Assembly: GCA_002863065.1 (NCBI GenBank)
Contig: PKDL01000412.1
Coordinates: 1-54,056, forward strand
Length of the DNA stretch: 54,056 nt
From: Pseudomonadota bacterium
GTDB taxonomy: Bacteria; Myxococcota_A; UBA9042; GCA-2863065
Direction of reading: 5' to 3'
Positions 17,141 through 24,577 of the stretch are shown here, piece by piece; the stretch's first letter is position 1; every line of letters begins with the position of its first letter. The notes beneath the pieces were generated by a model, which searched no databases, was not told where the DNA came from, and saw nothing but the letters and a program-made list of their open reading frames with translations. The position numbers were made by a program, and so were the translations under genes.

Positions 17141-20100
17141 TCAAGGGCTTCGTTGAACCGTCAGTCGTGATTTATAGATTAAGTCCCGACCGGCTCTCGC
17201 ATAAATAGATAGTACGTTCCTACCCGGCTTTAGTTCGATGTCTGATGTGAAATCAACAACAGTCGAGTCGATACTTTCCGCTCGTTGAAAGTATACCTTG
17301 TCATTGTCTCTGAAGATGTACACGTCAGGGTGCTCGTTTTCGACTGGTGAGAACGATGCCTTACCTGCAATGCGAATGGTTGGATTGTTGGTCTCTAGGG
17401 GCGGCATTTCTGTTAGTTGGATATCTGGTTGAGTGATAGCAATTTTCGTATCCGATTTCGCGAGCTGGGGGATATTTACCCCTGGCGGAGCTTCCAGCAG
17501 GTTTGCACGCTTGACCCACACGTAATCCCAATTTTGCACAGGAATTCTGAGCCAGTCTCCAATCCGAGCATCGCTAAACAACGGTGTACCTTTTGCGTAT
17601 GTTCCAAGAGTAATCCCCATTGTATGGGCCGAATCTTGATAACTGGTATCTTGTTGCACGACCCATTGGCTGGGGCGGAGTATCACGGGTGCTCCAGCTG
17701 AATCAGCGGTCGGTAGATCAAGAGTATGAGTCATTCGTTGCCGGAGTACTGAGTCAGTGACCTGTAAGTCTACTTCTAATACCTCCGGAGAGATCGGTCC
17801 CTGTACCTTTATTTTGAAATCAACAAAGTGGGACTTTCCAGGTGCAATGCTTTCAATCCATTCCCTGCCCTTAGTAATGAAAACTTCTTGGCCACCCCTA
17901 TTGCGTAACGTCGCTAAGGTTCGGTGAGATGCACCGCTACCAATATTATGTATTTGCACTCGAATGGTTACGGTTTCATTTTCATTGATTAGGCCATCGC
18001 CATTACCGCTTTCGTGGTCGAGCACGCGTACGGAGTATCCATAACGCGGTCTTTGAAGAGCCTGGATATCAACGTCCGCATGTATTTCTCGTGAGTTGTG
18101 TAGCTTGGTCTTCGCTGAATCGGCGTATAGCGAGACGCCCACTTTGACGCGTTCCGTTTGCATTGAGCGAGCCAGTTTAAGCGTTTGAACATACGTACGA
18201 GTTTTACCCGGCGGTATGAGTCCTATCGGAAAGTCGAGGTCGTCGAAGGCGGATGCCGACGAAACTGACCGACCCCGGACCCTGTACGCAGGGTCTTTCC
18301 CAGTATTCTTGACCTGTAATTCAAGCCGAACATTATCTCCCGCCGTCAGTGGTCCTTGCGGTACGTTCAATTGCGCGACTAGCCGAGGGTTACGCGTATT
18401 ACTGCCCTCCATCCAATCGATACCGACGGTTTTCAATGCTTGAACAATGCGCGTTGCCTCTCGCTGGCGAATGCCGTCTAGAGTTGGCTGCACTTGCTCT
18501 AGTACCGATTTTGTAGACGGGTTTCCTGAGGACAGCAGCACATTTTTTGCGAGTTCGACGGCGAAATCCTCATCGTCTGAAGCGCTTTGCAGATAACTCA
18601 GGCGGGCCGCAGGGATGTGTGCCGTAGTCGTCGCATTTTTCAGATGGTTCTCTAGCTCTCTTTCCCCGCGGTGGTCCTCTGAATTGAGCCGAATGTCCCC
18701 CTCTGTAACGACGACAGGTAGCAGCTCGAGGTGAGGCGTAATTCCTATATTTTGGATGGACTCGTCGCCAGGGGTGAGATACTGCGCCACTGTCAGCTTG
18801 AGTGCGGCGCTATCAATGTCATAAATGACTTGAACTGACCCCTTCCCGAATGTCTGCCTACCGATTATAACCGCGCGGTCATGATTTCTAAGGGCGCCCG
18901 CCACTATCTCAGAAGCCGATGCGCTACCTTTGTTAACGAGCACGGCCAAAGGTATGGAAGACCAGGTGTCACGGACCGACGCAATCTTTTCCTCCCGAAC
19001 CTTATTGCCTGAGCCTACCGTCGTTACGATGGTTCCATCGCGTAGGAACAGGTCGCTGACGTTGATGGCTTGGTCCAATAATCCGCCGGGATTGTCTCGC
19101 ACATCGAGGATGAGACCAGAGAGGGGAAGATTGGACAGTCTTTGACGCTCGGAAGTCATCCGTTCGATAGCTGCCTTTAGGTCGTCTGCAGTACTTTGTT
19201 GGAAATTCTTAATTTTGGCGTAACCGAGCCCCCCCTCTAGGAGCTGTGTGGTGACACTCGCCAGGGTAATGTTGGCTCTGACGACCCGAAATTTTACTGG
19301 CTCTGTGAATGCCTTACGATTGATCCAAAGATCGACCGCCGTTCCGGCCGGTCCGCGTAACCGATTTACTGCATCATTCAGCGACATATTGATGGTGGAC
19401 TCTGCCCCTATTTGGGTGATGATGTCACCGCTTTTCAACCCAGCAGTGCGTGCTGGAGTACGTTCCATTACAGATTGAATAATCAGCTTTCCGTCGCGTT
19501 GGGATATGACAATTCCGAGGCCACCAAACTTGCCCGTCGTCCCCAGCTTCATTTCCCGATAAACGCTTGGAGTGAGCAGGGTGGAGTGAGGGTCGAGCGT
19601 TCGGAGCATGCCACTAATCGCCGCATATTCGATATCTCTTCCCGAGATAGTTGAGCCCAGATGTGGGCTTATGTACTTAAAGATATCAATGAGTTTCCAG
19701 CTCATCGTGTATAGGTCATTTACACGAGCTAACGAAAAGTCTTGTGTGTGCTTTCCGATGCGTACGCTTACCGACTCTATGACTCCGTTCTCGTTTTTCG
19801 CATCCACCATGAATTCAGGGACTTTTCGCTCAACGTCTGCCAAAGCTGAAAACAACATGGCGCGTGCATCCGCACGTTCTGGATCGACATAATTGGCGCG
19901 AATATAACCGACGCAGCGGGTCAGAATACGAAGCCGGCTGAGCTCGTGCTTAGAGGCATTCAAAGCGCCTGGTATCACGTTGGCGGCATACCGGTCAGAT
20001 TGAAAATGTGGGCCTCTGTCATTTAGATCCATCACCAAGAGCAGGGCAAGAGCCATGGCGAAGCTGCTACCCGCAATGATCAAGCGAGTATGGCGCATCC

Positions 20101-20143
20101 GTCTTGATTCGACCTCGTCGTGGTTTTCGGCTGGCGTTGACAA
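17141..20143 (-). CDS. MXAN_5808-like carboxy-terminal protease (S41) with PDZ and C-terminal Ig-like domains
   Basis: N-terminal TM; LDPHSTLL, GKFGGLGIVI (PDZ), LDVRDNPGGLLDQA, GSASASEIVAGA (catalytic Ser), GRQTFGKGSVQ (catalytic Lys), then DGNGDG-type and CARDB-like domains; 1000 aa. Confidence 0.88.
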   Translation of the reverse strand: MSTPAENHDEVESRRMRHTRLIIAGSSFAMALALLLVMDLNDRGPHFQSDRYAANVIPGALNASKHELSRLRILTRCVGYIRANYVDPERADARAMLFSALADVERKVPEFMVDAKNENGVIESVSVRIGKHTQDFSLARVNDLYTMSWKLIDIFKYISPHLGSTISGRDIEYAAISGMLRTLDPHSTLLTPSVYREMKLGTTGKFGGLGIVISQRDGKLIIQSVMERTPARTAGLKSGDIITQIGAESTINMSLNDAVNRLRGPAGTAVDLWINRKAFTEPVKFRVVRANITLASVTTQLLEGGLGYAKIKNFQQSTADDLKAAIERMTSERQRLSNLPLSGLILDVRDNPGGLLDQAINVSDLFLRDGTIVTTVGSGNKVREEKIASVRDTWSSIPLAVLVNKGSASASEIVAGALRNHDRAVIIGRQTFGKGSVQVIYDIDSAALKLTVAQYLTPGDESIQNIGITPHLELLPVVVTEGDIRLNSEDHRGERELENHLKNATTTAHIPAARLSYLQSASDDEDFAVELAKNVLLSSGNPSTKSVLEQVQPTLDGIRQREATRIVQALKTVGIDWMEGSNTRNPRLVAQLNVPQGPLTAGDNVRLELQVKNTGKDPAYRVRGRSVSSASAFDDLDFPIGLIPPGKTRTYVQTLKLARSMQTERVKVGVSLYADSAKTKLHNSREIHADVDIQALQRPRYGYSVRVLDHESGNGDGLINENETVTIRVQIHNIGSGASHRTLATLRNRGGQEVFITKGREWIESIAPGKSHFVDFKIKVQGPISPEVLEVDLQVTDSVLRQRMTHTLDLPTADSAGAPVILRPSQWVVQQDTSYQDSAHTMGITLGTYAKGTPLFSDARIGDWLRIPVQNWDYVWVKRANLLEAPPGVNIPQLAKSDTKIAITQPDIQLTEMPPLETNNPTIRIAGKASFSPVENEHPDVYIFRDNDKVYFQRAESIDSTVVDFTSDIELKPGRNVLSIYARAGRDLIYKSRLTVQRSP

Positions 20144-20364
20144 CGGTGGCGGGCCTCCTGAGCGAAACGCATTCTTTCTCTTCGTCTACGGATCTTAGTG
20201 GTCAAACGAGGGTGATGCCAATCATGTGGCCAATGTCGTGCATGAAAATGATGTATTTCTGTGGTCGGGCACAGTCGATTGGTTTTCGGACTGGGTAACG
20301 CACCAACTCTGCATGCGTTTTGAGCTCGCATTATACTCTTCGGGTCGTGTCTGGGATACTTGTG

Positions 20365-22557
20365 ATGAATATTGGGAAGGTTACCGGAGGTGATGTGGAG
20401 CCATATGCGGACCATCTAGCGTTATTGGAGGACCACCTCGCTAGGATTGAGCTATTGATTCGCGCTGCTCTTATTCGGCAGCGTCGCGACCAGGTCGCGC
20501 TCGGAAGCCTGGGGCCGTTACCCAGTTTCGCTGAGGGGCTTACGGATGACCCAGAGGTCCTTGAGTCGGCGGCCCGCGTCGCGGAAGGTGATATTCGGGA
20601 ACGGGCGGAAAAGTCATCCTTTGAGCTACCTATCGCCACCTTACAAGAACAGTTTTCACTCGATGACGTTGAACGGGACATCATTCTCCTCGCTCTTGCG
20701 CCGTCTCTTGACCCTCGGTTTTCCGCGTACTTCGATGCGCTCGGTGGAAGTACACGTGGACTGGATGTGGGTATAGCGCTCGTCATTCTCGCGCCTTTCT
20801 CTGCTGAAACCGTCACGCCATTACGGTTGCGCCACTACTTTGCCGCTGATGGTCGACTGCTTTCGAATCATCTGATTAGTCTGGACCGTCGCGCTCTGGA
20901 TATTGGCGCTTCCTATCTCACACTAACCCTAAGGCTCCCAATGCGAGTCACGACGTGGTTGATGGGCGAGGAAGACCTCGATGCCTCATTGCATGGATTT
21001 TCCCGTCTTGAAGATCCCAAGGCCTCGTTAGAGCAGGTTATTCTTCCGTCTGGTGTGATGGACTCATTGTTGATGTTGGTGTCAGGCCATGACTCGTATC
21101 TTGGGGCCTTAGATGCATGGGGCATCTCTGAGCGCGTGACGTATGGACGTGGCATTGCGCTGTTATTCGTTGGAAGTCCAGGCACGGGTAAAACGCTTAC
21201 TGCAAAGGCGCTGGCGCAGGCACTTGGAAAACGCTTATTACTTGTTGATCCACGACAGATTGCGGATCTGAAGCGGCCGATTGAAGATAATTTGTCCGAT
21301 ATTTTTCGAGAAGCACGACTCCAAAATGCCGTGGTATTTTTTGATGAGTGCGAAAGTCTATTTAGTCACCGCGGCGCCGGAAATCATGTCGTTTCAGTTA
21401 TCTTGTCCTCACTAGAGCACTACGATGGTGTGGTGATACTGAGCACCAATACACCGGAGATGTTGGATCCAGCTCTCGACCGGCGCGTGCTGTTTCGACT
21501 GAAATTTGAACCACCAACCCCATCCTTACGAAAGCGCATATGGGAAGTGCACCTTCCGCCGAAAGTGCCCCTAGCCCAAGATGTGGACCTCGGACTTCTT
21601 GCGCGGCAATATGAGTTTACTGGGGGCTACATAAAGAACGCCGTATTGGTTGCTGTGAATCGCGCAGTGTCGCGAGGGCCTAGCGATGTGTTGATTACGC
21701 AAGATGATCTCGATATCGCGGCGCGGACTCAGTTACGGGCGAGGCTTTCTGAATACGCCGATATAACTCCTACGACTCTTCGACTCACCGACCTCATTTT
21801 ACCTGAAGAGACACGAGCTCAAGTACAGGAAATTTTGGAGGCCGCTCGAAGCCGAACCACGGTATTTCAGGAGTGGGGGTTCGCAAAAAAGCTGACGAAA
21901 GGACGGGGTTTATCTGCGCTATTCGATGGTGAGCCGGGTACTGGAAAGACCTTATGTGCAGAGATACTGGCATCCGAGCTGGGATTGACGCTTTACCGGA
22001 TCAACGTAGCTAACGTCGTAAGCAAGTACATTGGAGAGACCGAAAAAAATCTCACTCGGATTTTCAGAGAGGCGGATGACAGTCATTGCCTCTTACTCTT
22101 CGACGAGGCAGACGCACTCTTCTCCCAACGGACAGATGTGAAATCCGTACATGACAAGTATGCGAATATGGAAATCAACGTGCTTCTCCAGCTGATGGAG
22201 AACTATGAGGGATTGGTTCTACTCACAACCAACCTGAAAAAGAGCATCGATAAAGCGTTCGAACGGCGGTTGAGCTTTAAGGTTGGCTTCCCCTTCCCGG
22301 AGCCTGAGCTGAGAGAGCAGATTTGGAAGAGTCTGATCCCATCCGCTGCACCCGTCGAAAACGACATCGAGCACTGGATCTTGGCACGGTCTTTTGAGCT
22401 TTCTGGCGGCTCAATCAAAAATGCAATCATTAGAGCTGCATATCGCGCGGCTGCTCAGCAACGTGCTATCGCCATGAGTGACTTGGTAGATGCAGCGAAG
22501 TATGAATGTGCAGCCGCGGGGAAACTGTATCGGATGTATTCCCCCGATGAATTCTGA
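20365..22557 (+). CDS. Double AAA+ ATPase with N-terminal helical/winged-helix region (Afp15/Pvc15-like C-terminal AAA)
   Basis: Two intact Walker A/B sets (GSPGTGKT/FFDECE; GEPGTGKT/LFDEAD) and VVSKYIGETEKNL..DKYANMEINVLLQ..TTNL..FERR. Start uncertain (ATG 20365 or GTG 20395). Confidence 0.85.
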   Translation: MNIGKVTGGDVEPYADHLALLEDHLARIELLIRAALIRQRRDQVALGSLGPLPSFAEGLTDDPEVLESAARVAEGDIRERAEKSSFELPIATLQEQFSLDDVERDIILLALAPSLDPRFSAYFDALGGSTRGLDVGIALVILAPFSAETVTPLRLRHYFAADGRLLSNHLISLDRRALDIGASYLTLTLRLPMRVTTWLMGEEDLDASLHGFSRLEDPKASLEQVILPSGVMDSLLMLVSGHDSYLGALDAWGISERVTYGRGIALLFVGSPGTGKTLTAKALAQALGKRLLLVDPRQIADLKRPIEDNLSDIFREARLQNAVVFFDECESLFSHRGAGNHVVSVILSSLEHYDGVVILSTNTPEMLDPALDRRVLFRLKFEPPTPSLRKRIWEVHLPPKVPLAQDVDLGLLARQYEFTGGYIKNAVLVAVNRAVSRGPSDVLITQDDLDIAARTQLRARLSEYADITPTTLRLTDLILPEETRAQVQEILEAARSRTTVFQEWGFAKKLTKGRGLSALFDGEPGTGKTLCAEILASELGLTLYRINVANVVSKYIGETEKNLTRIFREADDSHCLLLFDEADALFSQRTDVKSVHDKYANMEINVLLQLMENYEGLVLLTTNLKKSIDKAFERRLSFKVGFPFPEPELREQIWKSLIPSAAPVENDIEHWILARSFELSGGSIKNAIIRAAYRAAAQQRAIAMSDLVDAAKYECAAAGKLYRMYSPDEF

Positions 22558-22668
22558 GGTCTCGAGACGATTTCCAAGCCTTTATTCGATCCTGTTCGGT
22601 TTGACGGCATTGGTCTTACGTAGGCCAGTTTGCCGATCATTTCGTTGGAAACGATAGGATTCAACGGG

Positions 22669-22697
22669 TTGACTCCCGACGGGCCTCGACGTAGCCT
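22669..22697 (+). promoter_or_regulatory. sigma70-type promoter for the tRNA
   Basis: TTGACT-N17-TAGCCT followed by a GC-rich discriminator, about 55 bp upstream of the tRNA. Confidence 0.5.
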
Positions 22698-22752
22698 CCG
22701 AAGCCGCGATCGATATTCTCGTGCGATATTCGTGCGCGTTATTGGTCTGCAC

Positions 22753-22829
22753 GGGTCCATAGCTCAGTAGGTTAGAGCAGGCGGCTCATAACCGCTCGGT
22801 CCCAGGTTCGAGTCCTGGTGGGCCTACCA
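22753..22829 (+). tRNA. tRNA with CAT anticodon, most likely tRNA-Ile2 (lysidine-modified)
   Basis: GGGTCCA..TAGCTCAGTAGGTTAGAGC..GGCGG CTCATAA CCGCT..CCAGGTTCGAGTCCTGG TGGGCCT A CCA: full cloverleaf with encoded CCA. The anticodon arm resembles E. coli Ile2 rather than elongator or initiator Met. Confidence 0.93.
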
Positions 22830-22992
22830 GGGGATGCCTCAGTAATCTGAGGCAGCCGTCGTTCCAGGCGACCAATATAGAGATTGGCCGATGGAAGTAA
22901 CAGCAGATACGCCGCTATGATGGCGTGCAAATACCAAGGATGCAGGTGTGTGGTGTAAGGCCAGCACCTGCGACCCGGTTTGGGAGTAGGGT

Positions 22993-23724
22993 TTGCGGGA
23001 AACAGTATCCAAACTGGTTGCGCTTCAGGCGATCGACGACGAAGGTCGAGGATTCCATGAAGAGCGAGACAGTCTCCAAGCGAAAATCGTTCGGCTGAAA
23101 GAGCTCCTCGACCTTATGGAGGAAGGGCTCGCAGAAAAGAGACTCAAATTAGAAGAAGCTTCACGCTGGTATCGCGAGAAAGACGGTGAACTCAAGGTTG
23201 ACCAAGAAAAGGTCAATCGCGCCAAGACCCGGCTGCAAGCGGTTACGAAAAATAAAGAATACATGGCGATGCAGAAGGAGATTGAATCCCTTCGAAAGGC
23301 AAACCTCGCGCGCGAGGAAGAAATCCTGAAGCTTGTCGAGGCAATGGATGAATTCAAAGCCTCTATCGCCAGCGAAGAGAAGAAAATAGCGGAGTTGAAG
23401 GCTGAGGTGAGCGCGGAAGAAAAGTCGAACGCGAAACGCCTTGAAGAACTCGCGACGTTCATCGATGGCATCAACTCCCGTAAGCGCGTTGTTGAGAAGG
23501 AGCTCAAGCCTGCTCTTGTCTCGCGGTATCGCCGAATCTTCAAAGCTCGGGACGGAAGAGCTGTTGTCCCCGTTACCGCAAACTCCTGCCCCGGCTGCAA
23601 CTATGCGTGCCCGCCGCAACAGGTGGTGCGGTTACGGAAAGCGCTCACCCTGGAGACGTGTCGACACTGCAGCCGTATCTTGTACTGGGTTGACCCGCCC
23701 GAGGTAGAAGAGGACGCTGCGTAG
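22993..23724 (+). CDS. Coiled-coil + C4-type zinc-ribbon protein (DUF164/CT398-like)
   Basis: Long coiled coil with KEYMAMQKEIESL, then C-terminal CPGC..CRHCSRILY; TTG start with SD GGGAG. Typical neighbour of tRNA(CAT) and rnpB. Confidence 0.9.
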   Translation: MRETVSKLVALQAIDDEGRGFHEERDSLQAKIVRLKELLDLMEEGLAEKRLKLEEASRWYREKDGELKVDQEKVNRAKTRLQAVTKNKEYMAMQKEIESLRKANLAREEEILKLVEAMDEFKASIASEEKKIAELKAEVSAEEKSNAKRLEELATFIDGINSRKRVVEKELKPALVSRYRRIFKARDGRAVVPVTANSCPGCNYACPPQQVVRLRKALTLETCRHCSRILYWVDPPEVEEDAA

Positions 23725-23783
23725 CCTATCGCGTCTACGGTCAACCAGCTTAGGTGCAACTTATACACACGAACGACAGCAGG

Positions 23784-24156
23784 TTCAGTGCGACAAATGG
23801 TCGCTGGACTCAAGGGTCTGGAGGAAAGTCCGGGCTTCGCAGGGCAGGGTGCTGGATAACGTCCAGCGAGGGTGACCTCAGAGATAGTGCCACAGAAAGT
23901 ATACCGCGCTCCGCCCGAGAGGGCCTGGGCGTAAGGTCGAACGCGTGGGGTAAGAGCCCACGGGCTGATACGGTGACGTGTTGGTCGGTAAACCTCACTC
24001 GAAGCAAGGTCGAGCAGGAAGCGCTTGAGGGTTGCCCGCCCAAGCTTCCGGGTGACTGCAAGAGGCGTCCAGCAATGGACGTCCCAGATGAATGGCCATT
24101 ACCTCACTGTCAGGTGACTGTGGTGGGGAACAGAACCCGGCTTATGGTGCACTGAA
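23784..24156 (+). ncRNA. rnpB: RNase P RNA (type A)
   Basis: GAGGAAAGTCCGGGC, AGTGCCACAGAAA, GGGTAAGAGCCC, GGTAAACC..C..GAAGCAAG, CCAGATGAATG and ACAGAACCCGGCTTAT in the correct order; P1 TTCAGTGC/GCACTGAA. Confidence 0.97.
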
Positions 24157-24168
24157 TGCTGGTCGGAC

Positions 24169-24213
24169 GGGGCGCTGGCGGCCTACGGGCTGACAGCGCC
24201 TCGGTTTCTTTTT
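24169..24213 (+). terminator. Intrinsic terminator after rnpB
   Basis: GGGGCGCTG..GGCC TACG GGCT..CAGCGCCTC hairpin followed by GGTTTCTTTTT. Confidence 0.75.
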
Positions 24214-24278
24214 GAAATCTTATGTTGCGGCGAGTCGGAGCTTTTGGGGTGTCATTTGAATGGGTTCAGGGAGGTCAC

Positions 24279-24572
24279 GTGGCTCGAATAGACGGCTGGG
24301 ACGAGTTCTTTATGCGGCTCTCCGATGCATACTGGGTAAAGCTTGATGAAGAATCGAGGTCGCATCTCGACGGAGAGCCCATTCCCGAAGACATTCGGCG
24401 TGCTGCCTGCATGATCCACCCATACCCAGTGGGATGGTTCGATAATCCTATCCCTAATTTGGATGGTAAGTCCGCGCGTCAAGTGTTAGAGCGTCGCGGC
24501 GGTGCCGATAAAATCCGTGCAATTCTGATGGAAATTGCACCCCACTTTTTGCCTGACTCCGGACTTACTTAG
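24279..24572 (+). CDS. Small protein with Xre/MbcA/ParS antitoxin C-terminal (DUF2384)-like domain
   Basis: GTG start behind GGAGGT; C-terminal WFDNPIPNLDGKSARQVL...GADKIRAIL fits the W..P...LgG.sP..ll...G...V...L pattern. Confidence 0.6.
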   Translation: MARIDGWDEFFMRLSDAYWVKLDEESRSHLDGEPIPEDIRRAACMIHPYPVGWFDNPIPNLDGKSARQVLERRGGADKIRAILMEIAPHFLPDSGLT

Positions 24573-24577
24573 CGAGG

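Noticed and set aside
20320-22557. Extracellular contractile injection system locus
   Set aside because: Only the ATPase is present; no sheath, tube, baseplate or spike genes are in the window.
22753-22829. Initiator or elongator tRNA-Met
   Set aside because: No C1-A72 mismatch or triple G-C anticodon stem, and the arms resemble Ile2; a tRNAscan-SE isotype model would settle it.
23025-23600. 191-aa antisense Ser-rich ORF
   Set aside because: Shadow of the Glu/Lys-rich coiled-coil gene. The same reasoning applies to 24761-25480 and other antisense ORFs inside clear genes.
23754-24155. 133-aa ORF
   Set aside because: It coincides with the RNase P RNA gene.
22830-24572. tRNA-anchored genomic island or prophage
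   Set aside because: No integrase, no duplicated tRNA 3' end, and the downstream genes are conserved housekeeping neighbours.
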